Source: Rhynchobatus australiae
Taxonomy: Eukaryota
Direction: 5' to 3'
NCBI GenBank assembly: GCA_034780895.1
Contig: JAUZTB010000135.1
Span: 80,659,451-80,723,450 of the forward strand
DNA length: 64,000 bases
Notes under the pieces: generated by a model
Told to the model about the DNA's origin: nothing
The model's input: only the letters and a program-made list of their open reading frames with translations
Databases searched by the model: none
In this document: one piece after another, positions 10,546-23,175 of the stretch
How positions within the stretch are numbered: the stretch's first letter is position 1
Layout: every line of letters starts with the position of its first letter
Made by a program: the position numbers and the translations under genes

Positions 10546-13500
10546 TTTACTTTAAGGAAATAAATTGAAAGTGATTTGAAGTTGAAATGCTATGGGGCTC
10601 TAGATACTGCAAAGTGCTATAAAGTCACAGAAAATGGATTTTTCTTGTAATGGTTTCTGATCTCAGAACTATCATCAGACAGGGGTTCCTGTGCACTCAA
10701 CACTTGGAATAGAGTCCCAAAGTGTCTGAGAGTTGAAGTTAATATAACATTTAGCTTCTTAACCTGGGAAAACATTAATCAGTGAACATTTGCTCTTTGA
10801 TTAAAAAAAATTATTCTTTCAATATTTTGTTTCATGACTATAACGCAGGATATTACACCATTCATGAACATTTCTGCTACAATGTGATTGAAGAGAGCTA
10901 TCTTAGGTTTTTTTACCTACTAATGAGACCATTCCATTTTCTGTACTTGATAAGAGAGTTAAGCATCAAACAGTTTTGGACAAAGACACTCCTAACATCC
11001 TTTGGCACAGAACAACAGGGAATTGACTCATTCAGATTCCCTACATGGCGATTTCCTTGAAATTTAAAGCCATGCTAAAAATAGCATTGAAAACTTCAAC
11101 AACACAATCCTATGTCCCACATTACAAGTGCATTCCCAGCAATGACTGTAAAGTTTAGTTATTATAAACCCAGCCTGAAGAGAATTAGAATTTATTTGAA
11201 TACATCATGGAAATTTACTGGTACATAGCTATCAACTGATTGGATGAAACATTTTCAGGCATTTTTTGATTTTTTTTCACAATAGAAAAACATAAATCTG
11301 AATGCTAAAATATGGAGTTTTGAATATTAAATATGTAACTTTTGTCAGGATGCATAGTAATATAGCAAGTTGCTGAAGTCATTTGGTGAATTTAAAATCA
11401 CTTAAAACTGAATTTAAAATAATTCTGATCCTCATATTAAATGGATCAAGTTCTCAATTAATTCATCTATAATAATACTAGTTCATATCAGTCAACACTC
11501 TTTAATTAACTGATATGAAAAGCGAATATAACGAGTACAGGAAAGTGCAAAATAATTTTCAACTGAATTACACTTAAGTAAACTTGCATAACCATTTGAC
11601 TAAATTGGCCAACCACACCTTGGCTGTAACTAAGTCCCAGGATTTAGGCACCCATCAAATTGCATCCACCACTATATTGCTTAACTCAAGAGTGTGGGAA
11701 AACTTCAGATTTAAGATCATTAAAATATTTAACTGATTCTATTTTTTATTGGTACAAGTTTACAGTATTGATATGCAACTTACATTTAGTGAGATTAACT
11801 ACCATGTTAAGTATCAGAACACAATAAAAACTGTAACTTGAGACCTGTTCTTATACGGGTTTTAACTCTATAACTTTGGGTAAAGCCACATTAGAAACAA
11901 GACATACCTTCAGAATTGGGTTTTCAAAGTTCCAAGTTTACTTGTGTAATCGTTAGACTGTACAAAAAATGTCAACAACATACTCTGGGAACAACCCAAT
12001 TCTATTTTATAAATGATGGACTGCTCGAATATTAGTTTTATGGGTGGTGGAGGGAGCATACTTCAGTTAACAGTCCCTGACTGGAACATTTCAAACCCAA
12101 GCAATCTCCTTTAAAAAAAACTTTCATCTAACAAATACTTTTCACAACTCGCTGATATCAAAACTGTTTTTCCTTTTCATAAATATGGCTTGAGTTTTTG
12201 ATTAATTTTGTAACACAGTAGAATTTACATTTTTTTCTGCTTTTGCTTTCTATAATCTCTTTTCTGCATTAAAATACTGCTGAGGAATAGCTCCATAGAT
12301 ACAAAGTACCTTGGAGTGCCTTTCTGAAGTGGTCATTATTTATGTGCGGGCCTTGACTGTGAGTGTAAACGAGTCTTTGCAAGTCTGAGTGTGAGGCCTG
12401 ACTGGGTATATACACATTATTTATGAGTGCGAGACTTGAATGTAAGTGTGTAAGTTTGTGAAGAGGGCAGAGGGTGCAGGGTTCAGCATCATGGTCATGG
12501 CTGATTCTCCAGAATTCATTAAAGTGAAGTTTTCCAGTACACAAGTTGGTTTGCCATCAGCATGACAAGTCTAATTCTAATGATAAGCGTAGAGAGACTT
12601 CATTTAAAGACACCATTATAAAACTTGCATTTTGATGCAAAAATAAATGCAATCTGAACATCATATGCAGTTCCTCAGTCATGGAAGTCACTGTGATGCT
12701 TTTAGCAAACTCAGTAAAAATAGTGAATATGTACACTCCACAAATTCATTATAAATGTGGTACTGACATGGCCTGTGGTTTTGAATCACAAATCTCAGAA
12801 AAATGTGCCTAGTTGTGTTTATAGTGTGAAGTGAAATAATCAGGAAAAAAAACTTTAAATATAACCTCATCCACTTTGGTAAATACAATAAAAATATACA
12901 AAAATTCGAAATAGGCATAGTGTTAATGAAATAATAAAACTAAAATCACCATTTCATGTAATTCTTTAAACATTAAAATCGCAGTGTTAAGTTACAAGTA
13001 GTAAATTACAATTAAAATACTTAGATGCGAAGTCAAAGCCAGAAAATGCCAAAAGAATTTACAGATGTTTTACTTCTGACTATATCTAAACTGCCAATCA
13101 AGAGGATCAAGAGAAGAATTACATAAGGGGGAACAGTAAACACAGTTAGTCAGAATGACAAATGGTCTGTGCATACAAATTTCAAGAGTTCTGGAGTTTT
13201 ATATGGTAGGAGTGCTGAAAGGGCTAAAAAGTCACAAATTAAAAGTCTGTTGAAAATATAGATAAAAAAGCAATTACTTTGATTAGATTAAGAAACTTGG
13301 CACTGAAGTTTTCTATGTTGGTCAAGTTGCCGCAGTTTTAACATTTTCATACTTTACATTCCTAACTCCGTGACCTCCACCAATGCTACAAACCCTCTTA
13401 ATTCCCTTGATTTTGAATTCTTAAGCATTGCCCATTTTTTCATCTCATCATTGTTGGCCACACTTTCAGGTACTTAGTCCCCAAGCTCTAGAATTCTCTC

Positions 13501-13859
13501 GTAATCCCTCTGACAATCCATGTCCTTTTAAACCATCTACTGAGTAAACATGAGGTTACACTTCAATTATAACCTTCCTAGTCCCTATTCGATTACAACT
13601 TTGTATTAATAATTTGGGTTATTCCTCATTAAATCTGCTGCATAAATACTTGCTGTTGAGGAGGAGAATGAATTTGTACTATTGTTGCATCATCTGGAGT
13701 TGTTTTTTGTTATTTACGACTTGGCGCTCTAAAGCACAGTTTTGTGTTTGTATAGAACAGGTGACAAAACTCCAAGCTGAAATGAACTCAGCCATCCAAT
13801 ATGGACATCAGGAATGCGCTGGAAGTCAGCTGCTAGTGTATCAACTAGCCTGCAAAATA

Positions 13860-14420
13860 AGGATAAGAATTCCAAAATTCAGATATTGACAGGTTGTGGC
13901 CAACATAGGTCAGCAGGCATAGGGATGCTGGATGAATGGGAATTAGTGAGTTAGAATGGGTGCACCACAGTTTTAGATTAGTTCAAGCTTACAGGAAGTA
14001 GAATAATGGGAGACCAATCAGAGAGCATTGGGATAGTCAACAGTAAAGATAAAGGCTTGAATGACAATTTCTCCAGCAGATGTTATGGATACAGATGGAC
14101 CTGTAGGTGGTCTAGTGATCAGAAGTTCATCTCAATTTCAACTACAACATCATGGTTGAAAATTGTCTGGTACAGCCCCAAACAATCATCACAGAGATGA
14201 GGGAGTTAATGTTCAGGGAGTGAGGTGTTCGCCAGGGACCAAAGGCAACAGCTTCAGTCTTCACAGTATGTAACTGGAGGAAATTTCTGCCTAAGAGATG
14301 CTGATGGAGAACAATCTATTTACCAATGTATTTACAGTAGAGTGGCTGAAATGGAGAGTGGTGACACAGAGCAGGATGTTGTCAGCATACTTGTAGAACT
14401 TGTTATCTTCATAGTTGATA
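13860..14420 (-). mobile_element. L2-type LINE RT relic
   Basis: Reverse complement has gtatgctgacaac (YADN, a degenerate YADD) followed by an L2-like KTEAVAFG motif. Confidence 0.5.
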
Positions 14421-14998
14421 TGGTTACATAACAGAAGGTTTTAATTATTTATCAGATGTAACTGCTGCTAGTTAAAAATAAAGAGAAAGTGGGTCAACAT
14501 TCAAATTAAATTTATTGGTGGATAAAAGAAAAGAAGATGGTGGGAAGTGGAAGCAGAATGGGCAAACATGAACAGTAATAAGGGAATATTATGGTAATAG
14601 CAATGAAATAAAAGATCAGTTAATCTATTTGTTGATCAGCCAAATTCTGCCTAGATAGCACCTTAGCCAAGAGTAATTTACAGCACAGATTGGCCAAACA
14701 TGAAAAGGAGAAGAAACAAAGTACTTAAAAAAATTATGTTAAAAATATTTCCACTAGTAACAATGAAGTTGAGAAACTGAAATAAAAAGGACAATGAACG
14801 AAACAACACATGCTAGAATCATCTACCCTAAGATCTCAATTAAAAACATCAGTCATGATTTATACAAGTTAAAGAATCTTTATGTATACATTATTGACAT
14901 ACACTAATATTTTGCTACATCAAAGTCTACCAAGTTTAATGTATTCATATTCATTATACATTTTAACGGAATAGAATTGGAGGTTAAAGATTTGTGAA

Positions 14999-15112
14999 CA
15001 ACACACAAAATGCTGGAGGAACTCCCTCCATAGATGCTGCCTGACCCCCTGAGTTCTTCCAGCATTTTGTGTGTTGATGCAGATTTCCAGTATCTGCAGT
15101 CTCTAGTGTCTC
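14999..15112. repeat. Penelope-like terminal-repeat fragment forming a 26-bp inverted repeat
   Basis: caacacacaaaatgctggaggaactc (14999-15024) pairs with gagttcttccagcattttgtgtgttg (15051-15076), one non-Watson-Crick position. Confidence 0.75.
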
Positions 15113-15984
15113 TTAAAGATTTGCAAACATGTTTTCTCATGGAATATCATGAGCTCTTGTGGAAACAGAACAAATTACAATATTGGCTACCCTAAAACTT
15201 TAATCTATAAAATCATGTGTTTCTGATCTACATTTTGAATAAATATATGTGAATGAAGATGATATGTGGAAGGGGTGGGGAGGACTATGGAAGGGAAGGG
15301 AGGGAACCACAAAAAAGTTGGTTGGGTAGGATATGAATGTTTTAAAAATCTCAACCCTTCCAGTTTGAAGAAAGGCAAGACAGGGATGGGTAGCCAATCC
15401 AAGGGAGGGTGGTCGAGATGGGATGGACATGGCAGTTAGATCATTTTTACATGATGTGAGAGCCGCATGTCTCAGATTTAATATCTTTTAGGTTTAATGC
15501 TAGCCAGCTGGAATTAGGCCAGTAAATGAAAGGAACAGAGTAATAATTCCTGCAACATGCCTTTGCTAACTGCCTACAAACCAGTAGTAGGGATGCTTCC
15601 TTCCAGACTAGCTAGTTTAGCTTCTTCCTGTCTAACGTCAGATCGAACCCCTTCTTCAGTTCAAGTCACCACACTCTATCAGAATCCAACCCTTGCATCA
15701 GACCCTAGATTCAACATTAACTTAAATTACACTAAAATAAAATAACCCCATTCCCATACACACCCACTAGAGACCACAAAACCAGCTGGATTTTCTATAC
15801 CTGTTCCAGGGCTGTAACCTCATACACCAGACTGGATGCCAAGCCTGCCAATTAAATTGGCTTCCCGACTGGGAGCCTGCAAGAAAAAGGGCAAACACTG
15901 TAGCAGTAATATCCTACAGCCTGCCAGGAAACATGGGCATAAACTCTGTCCCTTTCTCATGAACTGACTTCAACCAAGTTATCT

Positions 15985-16290
15985 TGACTCACTGACAGCA
16001 ATCTCATGGTTGACCAAAAGGTTGCCCAATCAAGCCCCATTCTGGTAAATCAGAAAAAAGTACAGTTTAACACTTCAGTATAGTTTTGTGAGCAAGCTGC
16101 ACTGCCAGTAAGCAGTCTTTCAGATGAGACATTAAACCAAGTACAAATAATTATAAAACATGTCATGCTCTGTTCAAAACAAAACATGGAGTGTGGGCTG
16201 GGGTGGGTGAGGGAGGGGATGAATTTTTTAGTTTGGATGAATTCACCAGATTACTCACCCAATACCATCAAAACCACATGAACTGGTCAA
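15985..16290 (+). mobile_element. Deu-domain SINE relic
   Basis: gctgcactgccagtaagcagtctttcagatgagacattaaaccaag core motif. Confidence 0.5.
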
Positions 16291-16292
16291 CA

Positions 16293-18050
16293 GAGAACAC
16301 AGAACAGTATAGCCCAGGACCAAACCCTTCAACCCATGTTGTTGTGCTCAACTAATTAAGCTAATGATGCCTAATTAAATGAATCCCTTCTGCCTACACA
16401 CGGTCCATATCCCTCCATTCTCTGCGTATTCATGTGCCTATCCAAGAGCTTCTTAAATGCCTCTATTGTATCTGCCTCCATCACCCCGGCAGTGCATTTC
16501 AGGCACCCACCACTGTGTAAAAAGAAATGTGCCCAACACATCTCTTCTGAACTTGCTCCTTCTCACCTTAAATGCATGCCCTCTAGTATTAGATATTTCA
16601 ACTCTGCGAAAAAGATACCAGCTGTTATCTNNNNNNCGCATTGTTTTAGAAACTTCCCTCAGCCTCTGCTACTTCAGAGGAAACAACCCTAGTTTGTCCA
16701 ACCTCTCTTTATAGCACCTGCCCTCTAATCTAGGCAGCATCCTGGTAAACCTTCTCCAAAGTCTCCACCTCCTTCCTGTAATGGAGTGACCAGAACAGAA
16801 TGTAATACTCCAGATGCCGCCTAACCAGAGTTTTATAAAGCTGCAACACAACTTCCTGACTCTTGAACTCAATGCTCCAACCAATGAAGTCAAGCATGCC
16901 ATATATCTTCTTTACAAGCCTATCTACTTATGTGGTCAGTTTCAGAGAGCTATGGATTTGAACCCCAAAATCCCTCTGTGCATCAACACTGTTAAGGGTC
17001 CTGCCATTAACTGTGTCCTTTAACATTTGATCTCCCAAAGTGCAATACCTCACACTTGCCTGGATTAAACTCCATCTGCCATTTCCCCACCCATATCTAC
17101 AACAGATCTATTTCCCACTGTATCCTTTGGCAATCTTCTACACTATCCACAACACCACCAATTTTTGTGTCATCTGCAAACTTACTAACCCACCCATCAA
17201 CATTTTCATCCATGTCATTTACATACTACATATCACAAACAGCAAAGGTCCTAGTACGGATCCCTGTGGAACCCACTAGTCAAAGACCTCCAGCCAGAAT
17301 AAGACCCATGAACCACTACCCCGTATGGGCAAGCCAATTCTGAATCCAAGACAGCCAAGTCACCGTGGATCCCATGCACGTTAATCATCAGAATGAGCCT
17401 ACCATAAGCAACCTTGTCAAATGCCTTACTAAAATCGATGAAGACAACATCCACTGCTCTACCTTCATCGATCATCTTCGTCATCTCCTCAAAAAACTCT
17501 ATCAAGTTAGTAAGACATGACCTACCCCACACAAAGCTATGCTGACTGTCTCTAATTAGGCCATATTTTTCCAAATGCTCTTAAATCCTATCCTAAGAAA
17601 CCTCTTCAATAGCTTCCCTACCACTGACCTGAGACTCACCTGTCTATAATTTCCAGGATTATCCCTATATCCCTTCTTAAACAAAAGAACAACATTAGCT
17701 GCTTGCCAGTCCTCTGGGACCTCACCTGTGGCTACAGAGGACACAAAGATCTTGGTCAAGGCCCCAGCAATCTCATCTCCTATCTCTCTCAATAACCTGG
17801 CATATATCCTATCAAACCCTGGGGACTTATCCACCTTAAAGTTCTTCAAGAGACCCAACACCACCTCTTCCTTTATCTCAAATGCTCCAGCAAGCTCCAC
17901 ACTGATCTCACTATCCTCCTTGTCCTTCTCCTTGATGAATACCAATACTCATTTACGGCCTCACCCATATCCTCCAGCTCCAGGCATGTGTTCCCTCCTT
18001 TATCCTTGAGTGGTCCAACCCTCTCCTTGGCTGCTAATCTCTTTGCGGTT
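16293..18050 (-). mobile_element. 5'-truncated CR1 LINE, ORF2 reverse transcriptase pseudogene with 3' tail
   Basis: Frameshifted ORFs: KVDKSPGFDRIYARLLREI...DWQAANVVLLFKKGYRDNPGNYRQVSL, QHSFVWGRSCLTNLIEFFEE...DFSKAFDKV, NTRGHAFKV. The (tgttc)-type tail is at about 16293. Confidence 0.9.
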
Positions 18051-18089
18051 TGTGGGACTCTCACTGTATGTAAATTGTCTCCATTGGGT

Positions 18090-18437
18090 AGATGGTCAGA
18101 GTCTTAAGGTACATAGAGTCTTTTACCCAGCATGGAAATATCAAATACCAGAGGTTATAAGGTGAGTGGGGGAAAGTTGAAAGGATATTTACAAGGCAAG
18201 TTTGTTTTTTTTTACACAGAGACTGGTAGGTGGCTGGAACGTGTTGCCGGGGAGGCTGTAGAATTAGCTATGACAGCAATGTTTAGAAGACATTGAGACA
18301 GGCATGTGAACAGGCAGGGAATGGAGGGATATGGGCCATGTGCAGGCAGATGGGATTAGTTTAATTTGGCATCATGGTTGGCAAGGACATTGTAGCTGAA
18401 GAGCCTGTTCCTGTGCTGCACTGTTCTATGTTCTATG
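18090..18437 (+). mobile_element. CR1 LINE 3' end
   Basis: tttacacagagactggtaggtggctggaac...cctgttcctgtgctgcactgttctatgttctatg tail. Confidence 0.8.
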
Positions 18438-19094
18438 ACAGTGACTAAGTGGCCAAAATAAGTCCCAAAAAGGCAATAAGATGACAAACCCTGATAAATA
18501 AAGACAGGTCCTATTATTTCTTTTTCACCAGGATGAGAAATGTTGGCACTAGAAATCACTGGCATCTTTTTTTGTATCACATATGCAGTGACACATAAGC
18601 TAAGTTCTGCAGATGCTGAAATAAGAATAGAAAATACTGGANNNNNNNNNNNNNNNNNNNNNNNNNNNNNNNNNNNNNNNNNNNNNNNNNNNNNNNNNNN
18701 NNNNNNNNNNNNNNNNNNNNNNNNNNNNNNNNNNNNNNNNNNNNNNNNNNNNNNNNNNNNNNNNNNNNNNNNNNNNNNNNNNNNNNNNNNNNNNNNNNNN
18801 NNNNNNNNNNNNNNNNNNNNNNNNNNNNNNNNNNNNNNNNNNNNNNNNNNNNNNNNNNNNNNNNNNNNNNNNNNNNNNNNNNNNNNNNNNNNNNNNNNNN
18901 NNNNNNNNNNNNNNNNNNNNNNNNNNNNNNNNNNNNNNNNNNNNNNNNNNNNNNNNNNNNNNNNNNNNNNNNNNNNNNNNNNNNNNNNNNNNNNNNNNNN
19001 NNNNNNNNNNNNNNNNNNNNNNNNNNNNNNNNNNNNNNNNNNNNNNNNNNNNNNNNNNNNNNNNNNNNNNNNNNNNNNNNNNNNNNNNNNNTTT

Positions 19095-19815
19095 GAGTCA
19101 TAAAGTTGTACAGCTAGAAACAGGCTCTTTATCCCAGCTCATCCATGTTGATCGACCAAGATGCCTATCTAAGCTAGTCCCATCTGCCAGCATTTGGCCC
19201 ATATCCCTCCAAATGGTTCCTGTTGAAGTATCTGTCCAAATGTCTTTTAAACACTGCAAGTGCACCCGACTCTATCATTTTCTCTGGCAGCTCGTTCCAA
19301 TACTCACCAGCCTCTCTGTGAAAAACTTCCCCCTCTAATTGCCTTTAAATCTTTCCCCTCCCACCTCAAACCCGCTAACTTTAGACTCCCCTACCCCGGG
19401 ATAAAGACTGTGACTACTTACCCTATCTATATGCCCCTCACAATCTTATAAACTTCCATAAGGCCACTCCTCAGCTTCCTTCAGTTCAGAGAAAACAGCT
19501 CCAGTCTATCCCATCTCTCCTTATGACTCAAGCCCTTTAGTGCAGGCAACATCCTTGTGAATCTTTTCTGCATCCTCTCTAGCTTAATCACATTCCTCCT
19601 ATAATGTGATGTCCAGAACTTCACACAATATCCATGTATGGCCTAACCAATGTTTTGTACAACTGTATCATGATGTCCCAACTGTTGTACTCGATGCCAC
19701 AGCTGATGAAGGCAAGTATGCCATACAGCTGTCTCACCGCTTTCAGGGAATTAGGTACTTATACTCCCCAGGGCCCTGCCATTCACTCCTGTCCTGGTTT
19801 AACTTTCCAAAATGC
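19095..19815 (-). mobile_element. CR1 LINE 3' portion
   Basis: gagtcataaagttgtacagctagaaacagg tail; reverse complement carries EYNSWDIMIQLYKTLVRPY-like CR1 ORF2 sequence. Confidence 0.75.
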
Positions 19816-22329
19816 ATCAAATTTGGTGAACATTGCCCAACGTGAAGAGGTATTTTGGGCAAACAATTAAATAATTTAGTGAAGACAGAACTAGACTAAT
19901 TTTTTTTTTTAAGTACTTCTTAAATGAATAAAAATCCTACCCAGATGATTTACATGAAAATCCTGATGACACTTTTCACACATGTCAATTTTTGGGGTAG
20001 TGGGGGTGGATAGGTATGAGGCCCCAAGGGCACAGTTGAGAAACATTTCAGTGTTAATCATCTGTGAAATGAAGGAAGCAACATCATCAGGTGGGGGTTG
20101 GTCAGTTATATGCCAATGATTGGCAAGTGGAGCAACGTATTGTATCCAACATATCAAAAAAAAATCTTTCCAATCTATTCCAATAAAGTCTAACATTTCA
20201 GATCAGTAAGATTTGAAAAAAAACATAATACAACACAATGTATATTTGACCCAGAACCTCTTACTTGCCACGTTACCACTATTTCCTGATTAAAGAACTG
20301 TTAAGCAGGTTATTTATGAGAGCCTAAAAGGTAAATGTTATTCTCATTCTAACTCCCATACAATTTTCTCTCTGACTTCATCTTAATATGGCCTATTACT
20401 TTCTATTAAAATCTGATTGTGAAAGGACCCACACTATAAGAAGACTATGGCAGGCTAGTGGTGTTTTTGGTTACCCTCTTCAGCACCTAATTTATATTCT
20501 AACTCTGAAATAGTAATAACCAATCATTGGATAAATGCTGTGGCTGGGATAGGGCAATATCATGGCGATTAAGACCCATTGGTAAATACTTGATTTTAGT
20601 CTCAGTTTTCAATAATGCTTCTCAATAGTGTGTGCACATGGGAAATAGCTGGATAGGAAATGGAGTTAGGAGTTAAAGACTTTGTGAAAATATCTGGAAA
20701 ATCTCTAAGGTGAATATTAACTGTAAATGAAAGTGTCAGACTGGAATGGCATCATCAAGGCTGAGGATAAATAGGTAGGCAAAAAAATCAATAGGCAGTT
20801 GGGAGAGAGGTAAAAGAGAAAGTAAATCAATGTAGAATCATGATTTTGTGTTTATTTTACAAGTTATTTGTTTTCATGTTTGTAATAAGATTCCAGATGG
20901 TATTTTATAAAATATTTCAGATAACCCTGGGTTTATTTTTGAAAAATATTCTGCCCATGATATAAACTTGGAAGGAATCAAGAACTAAAGCTCATACTGG
21001 TATCATATGAATGTTCTTAAACAACACTGAGAAAGATAAACTTCCACTAGTTTGCCAATTACTTATTTTATACATTTTCAGGATATTGAATGATAATCTG
21101 AAAGAAATTAAAGTTAAAATACCACACATACAAAAACAGAAGCAGGAGAGAAAGTGTTAGGGATACAGAATAGGATCTGCTGGTTCTTTATAGGAAAGAT
21201 AGTACCATAGAATCTGGTATACAAGTTGCACCTGTGCAAAAGTCACCTTCCCCCACCCATACACACTTGAGCAAACACCAATTATTGGAATTAAATTAAC
21301 TTACTTTAAAAGCATTAAACACTTTTTAATATAAATTCCTTTGTCCAATGGCTGCATGTTGCTCATTTTGCACATTATGCACAGTGTGGGAAAACCAGAT
21401 TCCCAGATTTTAAGTCAGTTCAACAAGTGGGAGAGAGGCCTGAATGGCAGCAGCAGCAGCAGAGAGGCAGGCAGTTTGGCAACAAACTGGCAGAACATGA
21501 CCACAACCCACATTTTGGGAAGATGTACTGTCATGTATGCAGGTGTATAATTCATATCAGTGTATAAATTTCATCACAATCACTTCTTTAAAAATTCCTT
21601 GGAGTACATGTACCAGACTTGCAGTAATTTTCAGGCATTTTTTGGGGCTAAGTATCAAACACAAAAGGATTGCTCATGTTGCTGAAATTTTTAAAGCCAA
21701 AGATTATGAGCTTATTATAGGTGTGCCCTGCAGCAGGCATAGCACAGCTTAACATTTCTTATTAAAAGAAGCCACCACAACAACATCCCACGAACAAGTG
21801 AATGAAGGCAGTCAGGATCAATAATGTCAAGCTAAAATACATCTGAAAGGGACATGGTAATTGCTGGGGCTATAACACAGGAATGTTAAGTGTGCTGAAG
21901 ATTATTTCATGAGACTAGATATGCGATTTTTTTCAAAAATAAAACAAAAACAGTTGAAATAACTTCAAAGTATTGAATGCTAATGTGCACAGGTGCAAAT
22001 ATCTGTATAATTTAGATATTGTATATGACAACACCCTCTTTCAAAGAAAAAGCTCATGAGATTTTATGCTACTTCAAAGTTAGTCAAAAGCTGAGATCAA
22101 TCCAGACCTTTTGTCACCGAAAAGGAACATGCTGATCTCTGAATTTCTTAAGGTTTGGGGAATAATAGAAAAACATAATATTAAGAAAGTAGTTTCACCT
22201 AATTTTTTTTACAATCTTTCATGTATCTTTTAAGTGGCACTTTATTCTTGTAACACAATTATATTTATTGCAAAACAATGATTGTTAATACAGCATTTGG
22301 CCAGCCCAGGAACTATCCTGGTATAGCCT

Positions 22330-23175
22330 TTTGCTTATTTGTTCTATGTTCGGGACCTGGGCACTGCTGTCAAGGCAAGCATTATTGCCCATTTCTAATG
22401 GCCCTTGAGAAGAAAGTGGCGAGCTACTTGAACCTCTGCAGTCTTTCTGGTGAAGGTGCTCTGACAATGCAGTCAGGGAGAGAGTTCCAAAATTCAGACC
22501 CAGTAATGATGAAGGAAAGGGAACACGTCTCCTCCAAGTCAGGATGGTGCTCCCATGTGCTTGTTGCCCTTGTACCTCTCGGTAAAGAAGCACTTCTTGT
22601 AGAGATTGTAGCTCTGCAAGAAGTGTCAAGCTTGCAGCTACCATTGACATTCATCACCTTGTGATCAATAAAAGAAATGCCATCTTCTCACAGCTATCAT
22701 CAGGCAGGAGGTACAGAAGCCTGAAGTCCCATACGACTAGGTTCAAGAACAGCTACTTCACTTCAACCATTCAGTTCCTGAACCAACCTGCACACCCCTA
22801 ATCACTACCTCAGTAAAGCAACACTATGACCACTTTGCAATACAATGGACTTTTTTTTTGTTCTAATTGTGCTCTTTCTTCTGTGTAATTCATGTTTTTC
22901 TTGTGAATATGGCATATCTGATGCTACGTGCCTGTGATGCTGCAGCAAGTAAGTTTTTCATTACACCTGTGAATATATGTACTTGTGCATATGACAATAA
23001 ACAACTTTGACATTGAATGTATGTTTGGGATAGTGGATGAGCTACCAATTTAGCAGACTACTTTGCCATGAGCTTCTTGAGTATTGTTAAAGCTGCACTC
23101 ATGCAGGCAAGTGGAGTGTATCCCATTGCCTTTACAAACAGTAATAACACTTGGTGTGTCACGAGGTGAACTGTT
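22330..23175 (-). mobile_element. CR1/L2-group LINE 3' relic interrupted by a Rex/Babar element
   Basis: ORF 22424-22657 ends SFIITGSEFWNSLPDCIVRAPSPERLQRFK; the family sequence resumes after about 23010. Confidence 0.55.
22680..23012 (+). mobile_element. Rex/Babar-type LINE 3' end
   Basis: Translates LSSGRRYRSLKSHTTRFKNSYFTSTIQFLN (Rex1/Babar ORF2 C-terminal motif), then a 3' UTR ending gacaataaacaactttgac. Confidence 0.75.

Noticed and set aside
18540-19103. Long ORFs made mostly of X (also 41255-42176, 50380-50769, 57972-58349)
   Set aside because: Artefacts of translating through N gaps.
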